Shown here: piece after piece, positions 51,742 to 61,296 of the stretch | How the letters are laid out: every line of letters starts with the position of its first letter | Numbering within the stretch: position 1 is the first letter of the stretch | Assembly (NCBI GenBank): GCA_965219455.1 | Contig: OZ244744.1 | Location: 928,001 to 992,000, forward strand | Origin: Candidatus Latescibacterota bacterium | GTDB lineage: Bacteria; Latescibacterota; UBA2968; GCA-2709665 | Reading direction: 5' to 3' | Length of the DNA stretch: 64,000 nucleotides | The notes under the pieces: generated by a model | The model's database searches: none | What the model saw: only the letters and a program-made list of their open reading frames with translations | What the model was told of the DNA's origin: nothing | Made by a program: the position numbers and the translations under genes

Positions 51742-52251
51742 TCAGGACGCAGGCTTGAAGAGGGTTACCAGACACCCGCCCAGCGCCGCCATCACGATTC
51801 CCAACACGAACTGCCAGCTCAGACCGCTCAATCCGCCGGCGGGCGGGTGCATGACCATCGACACCACCGCGTTTACGATAGGAGCGCCGGCAAATACGAT
51901 CGACATCACCACGGCAGGGGTGCCCCGGGCGCCGAAGGCCAGGAGAACGCCGAATGCGCCGATTGCGCCCACGGTGCCGGCCAGCAGAGACCATGTCAAC
52001 CCGCGCGCAGGAAACGACCAGTCCGCACCCTTGACCCAGAGAACAACCATCGAACCGATCACGGCGGTCAATAAATAGGCCACGCCCACGAGCAGGAATG
52101 CCTTGTACCGCCCGTTCACGGGATCGGCCATTGCGATCTGTCCGGTATGCAGAAATATTCCGTACAATCCCCACGACCCCACTGTCATCGCGGCAAAGAT
52201 CAACCAAGTCAGTCCTGATGACGAAGCCTGTTCGGCCGGCATAGAATCCAT
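51742..52251 (-). CDS. small EamA/DMT-like membrane protein
   Basis: Five hydrophobic helices; W..FA.MT..SWGLYG and VMSIVFAGAPIVN; AGGAAAGG RBS. Confidence 0.75.
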   Translation of the reverse strand: MDSMPAEQASSSGLTWLIFAAMTVGSWGLYGIFLHTGQIAMADPVNGRYKAFLLVGVAYLLTAVIGSMVVLWVKGADWSFPARGLTWSLLAGTVGAIGAFGVLLAFGARGTPAVVMSIVFAGAPIVNAVVSMVMHPPAGGLSGLSWQFVLGIVMAALGGCLVTLFKPAS

Positions 52252-52303
52252 CCTTTCCTGTCCCGATTGCGGATCGTGTTGACGCCCGCCGGGATCAAAC
52301 GCA

Positions 52304-53596
52304 TCAACCTGCAACGAATTGTCGATAAACGCCAAGCGTGGCGTCGGCCGTGCACTCGTCGCTGAACGCCCGGCGCACAGCCACCCGACCCGCTCTTCCC
52401 AATGCCTTACGTGTCTCCCTGTTCCTCATCATATGTGACAGACCCGCCGTGAGCGCCGCCGGAGAATCCGGATCGACCAGGATGCCTCCTCCAGTGCGTT
52501 CGACCAACTCCGGAAACGCCCCGTGCCGCGGCTGGACCACCGGCGTGCCGTTGGCCAGAGCCTCCAGCACGAACAGCCCCTTCGGCTCACGATACGGCGC
52601 CGGCACCGACAGAACATGGATGCTATTCAGGAATTCGATCTTCTGCTCCCGGTTCACTTCGCCGCGGTACTCGAATACGTCGGAGAGCCCGTGGACGTCC
52701 AACTGCGCGGCGACCTCCCGAAAATACGTCCTGTCCCGTCCGCCGAGATATCCCGCCGCCAGGAGCCTCACGTTCTCTTTGCCGACCTCTCCTGCCAACC
52801 GCCGGAAAGCATCCGCCAGAAGATGCAACCCCTTTTCCGGTGCAATGCGCGCCATATACCCGATTGTAAACGGGGTTTCCGGCAACGTCCGTTCGCACGA
52901 GCCGTGGCCGTCGAGGCTGATGCCCAGGCGGACAACGTGGATCCGGTCCCGCGGCGCGCCCAGGTATGCCGCCATGAAATCCGCGTACCAATCGCAGGTC
53001 GCCACGAATGCGTCGACGTCGCGCGCCCGATCCCGCAGCAGTTCCAACGCCTCGTTGCGATACGGTTCGGTCAATGCCTCGAGAAAGATATCCTCTCCCT
53101 GAACGGAACACACAACGGGAACGCCCAGTTCCCGTTTCATCTCGCGCGCCATCCCCAGAAACATGGAATTGGACAGATGAACCAGATCCGGCCGCAGGTC
53201 GTCTCTCAACCACCGAACCAGCTTTCCGAGTTCTTTCTTCTGCGCCCCCAGTTCACCCTTCAGCATGGAAACGGTGAGCGCCCCCAGATCTTCCGCGCGT
53301 GTCGAACCGCTGAACCACGATAGAGATTTCAACAGCACGCGTCCGTTCAGGAGGCGGTCGACAAAATCCGGCGCATGGCGGAACAGCTTCGACTTCTGCT
53401 GCAAATAGACGTTGATTCCACCGTAGAACACCCGGTCGATGCTCGCATCGGGCTCGTCGGTCCGCAAGGGCGTATAGGTTGGAATCAGTGCGATATCCAC
53501 GCCCTTGCGCTTGAGCGCGGCGGCCAGCGTATTGTCGTGAATGCAACTCCCGCAGTACATCCCGGCCGCGCCAGCGGCGATGTGCGCAACCCGCAT
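52304..53596 (-). CDS. glycosyltransferase family 4 with an N-terminal YCGSC motif
   Basis: MRVAHIAAGAAGMYCGSCIHDN, GYMARIAPEKGL and EPKGLFVLEALANGTPVV (EX7E). Confidence 0.9.
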   Translation of the reverse strand: MRVAHIAAGAAGMYCGSCIHDNTLAAALKRKGVDIALIPTYTPLRTDEPDASIDRVFYGGINVYLQQKSKLFRHAPDFVDRLLNGRVLLKSLSWFSGSTRAEDLGALTVSMLKGELGAQKKELGKLVRWLRDDLRPDLVHLSNSMFLGMAREMKRELGVPVVCSVQGEDIFLEALTEPYRNEALELLRDRARDVDAFVATCDWYADFMAAYLGAPRDRIHVVRLGISLDGHGSCERTLPETPFTIGYMARIAPEKGLHLLADAFRRLAGEVGKENVRLLAAGYLGGRDRTYFREVAAQLDVHGLSDVFEYRGEVNREQKIEFLNSIHVLSVPAPYREPKGLFVLEALANGTPVVQPRHGAFPELVERTGGGILVDPDSPAALTAGLSHMMRNRETRKALGRAGRVAVRRAFSDECTADATLGVYRQFVAG

Positions 53597-53802
53597 TGGA
53601 CGATCCGCCTTCAAATCATTCGCGAGAATCGAAATGCCGTCGCCCGAGGCCATCGTCCGGGGCCGGCATGCACGCCGGAACAACGCCGCAACGGTCAAAC
53701 ACGTCCGAAGACTTCGTGGACCGGAAGGCTGGACACGTGCCGGAATCGTCGGAACCCGGCCGTTCCGGCCAATCCACGGTTCGATACACCTGACGATCGG
53801 GA

Positions 53803-55062
53803 TCAGACAGCGGACCCGGCGTAATGAGTTACGTCCTCGGGCAGATTGCACATCTGTCCCATCGGTTCGAATATTGGTGTGACGTCGTTGATGTAGATCC
53901 TGCCGCTCAGAATATCCACGATACCGTTCAGACACTCGGGATGCGCTTCGAGGAATCGGCTGAAGCTGAATTCCTTCGTATAAAATGCATACACGAGCTT
54001 TCGAATGGCTTCCATTCCGGGAATAAACTCGCCGCCCCATCTGCCGAGTTGCTTCGCCGAGAAATCGTCTTTTTCGAACGCCTCATGAATCGCGTCAGCC
54101 GCCATCTCACCCGATTTGAGCGCGAGGAACACACCGGAGGAATATACGGGATCCAGAAACCCGTACGCATCGCCAACCAGCACCCAGCCGTCTCCGGCAA
54201 CCGAACGGGCCCGATACGAGAAGTCACGGGTCACTTTCATTGGGAACATCTGCTCTGCCCCTTCCAGCCGTTCTTTCATCGGCCGGCACTGCTGCAATTC
54301 TTCCTCGAAAATTACCTGCGGGGTTCCGTCGCGGTTCTGAAGCAGATGGTGGATATCGCCAACCACGCCGACGCTCTCTACGTCGTCGGCCAGCGGAATG
54401 TACCAGAACCAGGCGTCTTTCGTGCGGGTGTGCAGGATCAGCGTTGCCCCCTCGTCGATCCCCTGATCTCGATATCCGCCTCGAAAATGTGTGAACAGGG
54501 ATGCCTTCCGCAATGCGGGCTCTTCCGTCTTGATCCTCAGTTTTCGGGAAATCAGCGCGCTGCGCCCCGTGGCATCCACTATCACGCGGGCCGACACATC
54601 TCTCACGCCGCCGTCCAGGGTTTTTGCCCGAACCCCCGTGGCGCGGTTGCCCGCGAAATGCACCTGGTTAACGGCCGCGCCAAGCTCCACGTGCGCCCCT
54701 TTCTCCCGGGCATTGTCCAGCATCATCTGGTCGAACTCGCTTCGCAGCACCTGCCACGTGATCGAACTCTCGTGGGGATCGTGTTTATGAAAATAGAACG
54801 GCGCCGATCCACGGCCCGTACCACCGAAAAACTGTACGCTGTATTTCCTCACAAACGCGCTGTTCTTCAGCTTATCCAGCACGCCCAGCCGCTTGAACGA
54901 CCAGTAGGTTCCGGGCATCAGCGACTCGCCGATCTGAAACCGGGGAAATTGCGCTCTCTCGAGCAACAGCACACGGTGGCCGTACTCCGCTACCAGAGCC
55001 GCGGTGGTGCTCCCCGCAGGCCCGCCGCCGATCACAACAACGTCGAAATGATCCGAAGACAT
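53803..55062 (-). CDS. flavin-dependent halogenase-like oxidoreductase
   Basis: GGGPAG, FPRFQIGESL, FVRKY (candidate catalytic Lys), WFWYIP (WxWxIP) and GDAYGFLDPVYSSGV. Confidence 0.88.
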   Translation of the reverse strand: MSSDHFDVVVIGGGPAGSTTAALVAEYGHRVLLLERAQFPRFQIGESLMPGTYWSFKRLGVLDKLKNSAFVRKYSVQFFGGTGRGSAPFYFHKHDPHESSITWQVLRSEFDQMMLDNAREKGAHVELGAAVNQVHFAGNRATGVRAKTLDGGVRDVSARVIVDATGRSALISRKLRIKTEEPALRKASLFTHFRGGYRDQGIDEGATLILHTRTKDAWFWYIPLADDVESVGVVGDIHHLLQNRDGTPQVIFEEELQQCRPMKERLEGAEQMFPMKVTRDFSYRARSVAGDGWVLVGDAYGFLDPVYSSGVFLALKSGEMAADAIHEAFEKDDFSAKQLGRWGGEFIPGMEAIRKLVYAFYTKEFSFSRFLEAHPECLNGIVDILSGRIYINDVTPIFEPMGQMCNLPEDVTHYAGSAV

Positions 55063-55081
55063 ATCACCATTCCGCGTGAAC

Positions 55082-56362
55082 TCAATCTCTATGGTCCGTA
55101 AACCGGTTCGCTTTCAATTCGTACCGGGGCAATGAGTTCCTGGTTACGGTCAGGACCCGCGCGCGAATCCCCAGGGCCCTCCTCAGTTCCTTCGCCACGT
55201 CATCTGCGACGGAATGCGCCGTTTCTTTTCCTGTCTCCAAACGAATTTCCATTTCGTCCAGTGAACGGCGCCGATGAACGTCGACGGCGAACTCGGTCAC
55301 TGCCGGGAAAGCCCGTACCACGTTCTCGATTGAACTGGGATATACAATGACGCCGCGGACAATCATCGCTCCGTCGATGCGCCCGATCACGCCGCCATCC
55401 AGGCGGAGAAACGCGGACCCACACGCGCATACCCCCTGCGCCCGCTTCTTCACCCGGTCTCCGGTGCGATAACGGATCACCGGCATTCCCAGCCGCCCCA
55501 GGTTCGTCAGGACCAGTTCTCCCTCTTCGGCATGCGCGCCCGTATCGGGATCGATGATTTCGCAGATAAACTCCGCTTCGTTCACGTGCATGCCGGTTCG
55601 AGCTGCGCATTCGTACCCCCAGGCCCCGACCTCGGTGGCGCCTGCGTGGTCGTAGCACCTGGCCCCCCAAGCCGCCTCGATACGCCGTCTCGTGGACGGC
55701 AGACCCGCCCCCGGTTCACCCGCATGAATCGTGGTCCGAATGCACGATCCGGCTATGTCGATCCCTTCGGCCTCCGCCACCTCAGCCAGATGCAGCGCGT
55801 ACGTCGGCGTACAGATCAGAACCGTCGCCCGGTGTTCGTTGACGGCCTGAAGCCGTTGGATGGAGGACATCGAACCGCCCGTAATGGCCATCGCGCCGAT
55901 CTGCCGCGCACTCTCATGGGCCGTCCAGAACCCGATAAACGGTCCGAAGGAAAATGCGAAGAACAGGCGATCGGCGGGCGTCACCGCGGCCCCGCGATAC
56001 ACCTTCCGCCAGCAGCCGGAAAACCATCCCCAGCTTTCCGGGGTGTCCAGCCAGCGCAGGGGGTTGCCCGTGGTGCCCGACGTCTGATGTACCCGGATGT
56101 AATTCGCCAGGGGAAACGTCAGATTTGACCCGTACGGAGGGGTTGCGTCCTGGTCGGCCGACAGTTCATCCTTGGTCGTAAAGGGCAGACGGCGATAGTC
56201 CTCAAGCGACTGAACATCCCCCGGCCCCGAAAGTCCGGCCACTGCCAGCTTTTCTCTATAAAAGGCGTTGTCCGTTAAGACCGGGACAAGCACTTCGCGC
56301 AGGCGACCCAACTGCGACGCAACCAGTCCGCACCGGTCCGGCTCCGGGTTAACCGAACTCAT
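55082..56362 (-). CDS. phenylacetate-CoA ligase (PaaK)-like adenylate-forming enzyme
   Basis: LPFTTKDEL, HQTSGTTGNP, TPTYALHL, AGEPG, HAGATE and IRYRTGD. Confidence 0.92.
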   Translation of the reverse strand: MSSVNPEPDRCGLVASQLGRLREVLVPVLTDNAFYREKLAVAGLSGPGDVQSLEDYRRLPFTTKDELSADQDATPPYGSNLTFPLANYIRVHQTSGTTGNPLRWLDTPESWGWFSGCWRKVYRGAAVTPADRLFFAFSFGPFIGFWTAHESARQIGAMAITGGSMSSIQRLQAVNEHRATVLICTPTYALHLAEVAEAEGIDIAGSCIRTTIHAGEPGAGLPSTRRRIEAAWGARCYDHAGATEVGAWGYECAARTGMHVNEAEFICEIIDPDTGAHAEEGELVLTNLGRLGMPVIRYRTGDRVKKRAQGVCACGSAFLRLDGGVIGRIDGAMIVRGVIVYPSSIENVVRAFPAVTEFAVDVHRRRSLDEMEIRLETGKETAHSVADDVAKELRRALGIRARVLTVTRNSLPRYELKANRFTDHRD

Positions 56363-58473
56363 AGCTCGACCTGGAAGGCGCTGTGTAACCCGAAAGGCTG
56401 CGCCGGAATCACCGACATGGCGCCAAAACCGCGTGTTTCATATTTGCGACCGGTCAGGTTCCTGGCATTGAGCCGGATGGTCGCCTGCTTGTACGTGTAC
56501 GATATAGAGGCGTCAAGGGTCAATACTCCGCGAATTTCGTATTGGTTGTCCTCGGCGATGAACTGGCTTGCCACATAGCGGGCGCCCATCCCGAGCTCGA
56601 GCCCATTACCGGATGCCAATGCGGTCCAAAGATTCAGGATATGACGCGGCGAGAAGGCCGGCCTGTTGCCGGATCGGTCCACGTGCCGGAACGTCACTCC
56701 GGTGGCCGTGGGCACCGGTACCATCTCCGTGAACCGCGTCAGTTCGGTGTCTGAGTACGCGTATGACAGGAACACGTGGCATGACCCCACGGGACGGGCC
56801 ATCAGTTCCAGTTCCATACCCCGGGACCGCTGGTCGCCGTCCTGTTTTGTCACGCCTGTCGCATCGGGTATTCCGATACCGTACTTCCGAAGATCGAAGA
56901 ACGCAACAGTCGCATGAAGCGTTTTGTCGACAAGATATCGTTTGGCGCCCAACTCGAATTGCGTGCTGGCTTCGACGTCCCTCGGACCCGCCACCAGGCT
57001 GGACGGCGGCGCGAAAGCCCGGCCCGCGCTGGCATAGAAGGACAGGTCGTCCTCGGGCGACAATACGACGCCCGCCATCGGACTCCACTCGCTATATTCT
57101 CTGGCCGTTGCGGTTACTGGATCTTCGTACGTGATCCGATCGAATCGGCCACCGGCAAAGGCCTGGAAGAAATCCGAGAATACAACTCGGTCTACCACGT
57201 AAGGCGCAACGACACCGCTCGTGGCGTCCGCCCCGCGTGACTGGCCCGGCACGACAAAAAATGGCAGCGTCGCCGTTTCAACCGGTTCATACAGGTCTAT
57301 ATTCGGCAGGACCGCCACGTCGAGTGTAAACCTGTCCTTCCATTGCATCAACTCCAGGCCCGCCAACAGCGTATGCCTCGTCCGTCCCGCAGAAAAGGCA
57401 AACACGAACTCCAGCTGATTGCCCAGCACCTTCTGCCGGTCGTCGAGCAGCAGGAGTGTCCGGATCAGGTCAAGACCCCCGCCCGCGTTCGGATATGCAC
57501 CGTTAAACAGCGTGCCGTTGGAGACCCAGGAAAAATCCGTGTAATACAGTTTGTTCCGCAGCGTCACACGCGGCGACAACCGGGACCGCAAGTCCACCCT
57601 CACACGGACAATCTCCTGATCGGATACGTCGAATGGAGACTGGTAGGAACGCGTGCGGGGCACGCCTGCCAATTGACCTCCCACCACCGGCAACCCCGAA
57701 TCCGATTTGTATTCGCTGGTCACGTATTCAAAATTCGCCGTGGCCGTCGTCCTCTCGTTTCGCCAGGTTACCGCCGGATTCATCGCCCAGATGCCGCTGT
57801 TCTTGTCATCCCGGTAGTTGTCCGAAACCTGCCTGAGCCCGTTGAAGCGCAGGGCCATGTTCCGAGCGGCATCCGCCCAACCCGCGTCTATGCTACCTCG
57901 AAAATTCCGAAACGGCCCATAAGCGCCCGTCACCCCGAGCATGCGCTTGAAGATGGGCTGCTTGCGGCTCAGATTGACCGATCCGGAGAGTGGATTGCCG
58001 CCGTAGAGAAACGCTCCGGGACCTTTCAGTACTTCCACCCTCTCCAGATTGTAGAGATTGTAGAATGAAGCCTCCGGCTCGGAAGCTCCGTCCGTCAACA
58101 CGAGCCCGCTGGACAACGAATCAAACCCGCGAATGACGAAAAAATCCGTCACGCCGAAGACGGTCTGGACGTTTACGCCGCTCACGTTTCGAAGCGCGTC
58201 GCCGAGAACAACACCGCTCTGATGATCGAACAATCCGCGATTGACCACGCTGACGCTGGCGGGTGTTTCGCTCAGTAGTACCGGTACCTTGCTCGCTACG
58301 GAACTGATCGTGGCAATCTTCTCTTTGCTCTCCGTGACCACGATTTCTTCGCCGACGTAAACGGGAAGGGCATCTTCGCCATCCTTGCCGGGCTTATCAT
58401 CCGCGGCAAACAGGACGTTTCCAAACAGACACAGAAAAATGGCAGACAGCAAACCCGTTCGGCATATAGACAT
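56359..58473 (-). CDS. TonB-dependent receptor (siderophore-receptor-like)
   Basis: Signal peptide, EEIVVT TonB-box-like, ETPASVSVV, DALRNVSGV, IRGF, ERVEVLKGP..LYG and C-terminal NARNLT. Confidence 0.93.
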   Translation of the reverse strand: MSICRTGLLSAIFLCLFGNVLFAADDKPGKDGEDALPVYVGEEIVVTESKEKIATISSVASKVPVLLSETPASVSVVNRGLFDHQSGVVLGDALRNVSGVNVQTVFGVTDFFVIRGFDSLSSGLVLTDGASEPEASFYNLYNLERVEVLKGPGAFLYGGNPLSGSVNLSRKQPIFKRMLGVTGAYGPFRNFRGSIDAGWADAARNMALRFNGLRQVSDNYRDDKNSGIWAMNPAVTWRNERTTATANFEYVTSEYKSDSGLPVVGGQLAGVPRTRSYQSPFDVSDQEIVRVRVDLRSRLSPRVTLRNKLYYTDFSWVSNGTLFNGAYPNAGGGLDLIRTLLLLDDRQKVLGNQLEFVFAFSAGRTRHTLLAGLELMQWKDRFTLDVAVLPNIDLYEPVETATLPFFVVPGQSRGADATSGVVAPYVVDRVVFSDFFQAFAGGRFDRITYEDPVTATAREYSEWSPMAGVVLSPEDDLSFYASAGRAFAPPSSLVAGPRDVEASTQFELGAKRYLVDKTLHATVAFFDLRKYGIGIPDATGVTKQDGDQRSRGMELELMARPVGSCHVFLSYAYSDTELTRFTEMVPVPTATGVTFRHVDRSGNRPAFSPRHILNLWTALASGNGLELGMGARYVASQFIAEDNQYEIRGVLTLDASISYTYKQATIRLNARNLTGRKYETRGFGAMSVIPAQPFGLHSAFQVEL

Positions 58474-58500
58474 CACGCGATTTCCTCTCCACATTCCAAT

Positions 58501-59721
58501 CTATCCGCCCGGCATGAGATCCAGGCAGACGATTTTACGCATATCCCGCACGAACACACGGCCATTGGCCAGGGTTGGCCCCGTCCAGCTTCGGCCGGAA
58601 AGCACCTGCACGCCGGCCTTCTCCTGAAATCCTTCAGGCGAAGCCATTGCCAGGGCAAGCCTGCCGTTGTCGCTTAAAATGATGAGATGCCCGTCTGCAT
58701 AGATCAACGAGCCCTTGCCATACCCGCGGTGCTTCCATTGCTCTTTTCCGGTCCGGGCTTCTATACATTTCAGGATGGCATTGTCGAATCCATAAATATA
58801 GTCCCCGATCAACACGGACGTGCCGAAATGATTCTTCATCCGCCGGTTCTCCCACACTCTGGCGGCCGCTATTCCGTCGCTCCCTGCCTCAATCCGCAGT
58901 AAAGCTGCGCCATGATCGTAGCCCGACGAGATAAAGATCTGATCTGGAGGCACAAAAACGGGTGTGGCAATATTCAGATCGTACGAGGTCCTCCATGGGA
59001 ACCGCCAATAGAGGGTCCCGTCCACCGGCGAAAGCCCGACCGCGGCTTCACCCGAAAAATAGACCACCTGCCGCACGCCCGCGAGATCCAGCGTAATGGG
59101 CGATGAATAAGACGCCACGTCGCTTTGAGACGCCCATTTGAGTTTACCGCTGTCTTTGAACAACGCGAGAAATGTGCCCGGCGATGTGCTCGCCTCCAGG
59201 AACAACAGGTCGCCTTCCACCAGCGGCGACGTTGAAAATCCGAACCGTGGGAACCGGCCGCCCAGGCCGTCGACCAGATCCAGGGCCCAGATCCTTTTGC
59301 CGTTTTCAACGTTCAACGCGTACAACCAGCCCTCCGCGCCAAGGACATAGACCCGTTCTCCATCTACCGTCGGCTGTGAACGCGGTCCGTTGCCCCCCTG
59401 CCACTCCTTGAAGTTCCCCCCGGTCCTGACCCGCCATATTTCAGCGCCCGATTCCTCATTCAGACAGATGACAAACTCATCGTCATCCGCGGCAAACATG
59501 GTGAACACCCGGCCATTCGCCACCGAAATCCCCGAAAACCCCTCGCCAAGATTCTTCTTCCAGACAACGCCCGGGCCGGCCTGCGGCCAGGCCTTCAGAA
59601 ATCCGGTTTCCTGAGAGACGCCGGTCCGATCCGGCCCCAACCACTGCGGCCAGTCGGCGTGGACGGATTGGACGCCAGACAGGAACAATACCGCGGCCAA
59701 TGTGGCAATTCCACGTACCAT
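58501..59721 (-). CDS. secreted PQQ-like beta-propeller protein
   Basis: Signal peptide, DWPQWLGPDRTG, GPRSQPTV and SYSSP; AAGGAG RBS. Confidence 0.9.
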   Translation of the reverse strand: MVRGIATLAAVLFLSGVQSVHADWPQWLGPDRTGVSQETGFLKAWPQAGPGVVWKKNLGEGFSGISVANGRVFTMFAADDDEFVICLNEESGAEIWRVRTGGNFKEWQGGNGPRSQPTVDGERVYVLGAEGWLYALNVENGKRIWALDLVDGLGGRFPRFGFSTSPLVEGDLLFLEASTSPGTFLALFKDSGKLKWASQSDVASYSSPITLDLAGVRQVVYFSGEAAVGLSPVDGTLYWRFPWRTSYDLNIATPVFVPPDQIFISSGYDHGAALLRIEAGSDGIAAARVWENRRMKNHFGTSVLIGDYIYGFDNAILKCIEARTGKEQWKHRGYGKGSLIYADGHLIILSDNGRLALAMASPEGFQEKAGVQVLSGRSWTGPTLANGRVFVRDMRKIVCLDLMPGG

Positions 59722-59789
59722 GCGTTCTCCTTTTCGGACCTGCACGGACCCTCCAGCGGCGCGATTGGCGTTCGTTGGTTGCGTTACCC

Positions 59790-59915
59790 GGGTTGAGCTT
59801 GTCGAAACGAATCTGTCGAAACGTGGTCATTGTACTTGTCGAAACGCCCGCGTTTCGCTACCCTTCGACAGGCTCAGGGCGCCGGCTCGGGGACCGGCTC
59901 AGGGTCCGGGTTCAG
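59790..59915. repeat. degenerate palindromic repeat cluster (tgagcttgtcgaa / ttcgacaggctca family)
   Basis: gttgagcttgtcgaaac, further tgtcgaaac copies and ccttcgacaggctcagg; related to ~25480 and ~36751. Confidence 0.6.
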
Positions 59916-59949
59916 TGCCCAGGCACGCTACGGATCACATAGGCCGGGT

Positions 59950-61296
59950 TCAGGTGTACCTTGAATCCCTGTAGACCTCGTGATAAAACTCCGGTAGCAA
60001 CTGGTCGACACGTAACAACCCCTCGCGACTCAACCTGACCTCCCGTGCATCGAAATCCAACATTCCGAAACCCCTCAGCCTCCCGTAGGCCTCGCTGAAC
60101 CGCTCGAGGATATTCACGCCGAATTTTTCCTTGAAATAGCCGGTCTCGATCCTTCCGAGCTTGAGTTGGAGGATCATCTCGCGAACAAGACGCTCCTCGT
60201 CGGTAGGAACAAAGGACCTGTTCAGCGGCAACCGCTCCTGCCGGCAGGCCTCGACATAGGGATCCCACTGCGTGTGGTTCTGAAAGTGTATACCGCCCAC
60301 GTGGGAAAACGACGCGACTCCCGCGCCGATCAGGTCCGCGCTGCGCCAGAGCGCGTCGCGATAGACAAACCGCTTCAATCGACCCTTCCTTACGAGCGTA
60401 TAAGCGCTCGACGTCTCGTAGCCCGCGGCCTCGAACGCGTCAATCGCATGGTCATGCCACGCACGCTTCGTCTCCCAATCGGCCACACTCAGTCTACTCC
60501 CATCCAGGATCGACCTGGAATACGTGGTATTGAACGGAAGTTCCATCTGATAGATGGTGACGCTGTCCGGGTCCAGGTCAATCGTGCCCTGCACCGTCTC
60601 CTTCCATGTCTTCCAGGTCTCGCCCACCATCCCCGAAATCAGGTCCACGTTCACCTGCGCGAATTCCTGCGACTTCACCCATCCCATGGCCTCGTAAATC
60701 TCTTTTCCGACGTGCGCGCGGCCGTTCTCTCTCAGAATCTCATCGTTCAGGTTCTCCAATCCCAGGCTCAATCGCGTTACGCCGATCTCGCGAATGGCCT
60801 CCACCTTGGGCCTGGAGAGTGTACCCGGCTCGCACTCGAACGCCACCTCTTCGGCGCCGTCCCAGGTCATTACGGCTTTCAACCGATCCACCAGCGCCTC
60901 CAGGTGTTTTACACTGATATAAGACGGCGTCCCTCCTCCAAAATAGACGAATTGCAGGCTGCGTCCGGCAATTCTGGGCAGGCCGGCGTAATATTCCACC
61001 TCTCCGGCCAACGCGTCCAGATAGACCTGGATCTCCGAACTGTTGCGATCCGTGTACACCCGGAAATAGCAGAACTTGCACCGCTTCCTGCAGAACGGGA
61101 TATGCAGGTACAGGCCAAGAGGCGCCCGCCGCGCCGACGGATCCACCGTGTGCAGCATATCCACGACCTGCGGGTTGTGCTCATCCTGCCAGAACGAATA
61201 GGGCGGATAGTTGGAAACGAACACACTGCCGACCTGTGTTTCCTTCCAGTCTTTCCTGGAGGTTGCAGGTTCCGGAACGTGAACTTGTGCGGTCAT
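59950..61296 (-). CDS. HemN-like radical SAM enzyme
   Basis: LYLHIPFCRKRCKFCYF (CxxxCxxC), VYFGGGTPS, TRLSLG, NVDLISG and G.GVASFSH. Confidence 0.92.
   Translation of the reverse strand: MTAQVHVPEPATSRKDWKETQVGSVFVSNYPPYSFWQDEHNPQVVDMLHTVDPSARRAPLGLYLHIPFCRKRCKFCYFRVYTDRNSSEIQVYLDALAGEVEYYAGLPRIAGRSLQFVYFGGGTPSYISVKHLEALVDRLKAVMTWDGAEEVAFECEPGTLSRPKVEAIREIGVTRLSLGLENLNDEILRENGRAHVGKEIYEAMGWVKSQEFAQVNVDLISGMVGETWKTWKETVQGTIDLDPDSVTIYQMELPFNTTYSRSILDGSRLSVADWETKRAWHDHAIDAFEAAGYETSSAYTLVRKGRLKRFVYRDALWRSADLIGAGVASFSHVGGIHFQNHTQWDPYVEACRQERLPLNRSFVPTDEERLVREMILQLKLGRIETGYFKEKFGVNILERFSEAYGRLRGFGMLDFDAREVRLSREGLLRVDQLLPEFYHEVYRDSRYT

Noticed and set aside
51557-52207. N-terminal extension making the thioesterase a 363-aa fusion
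   Set aside because: The extension overlaps the EamA-like gene in another frame and crosses a heptamer repeat; a good RBS and ATG exist at 51556.
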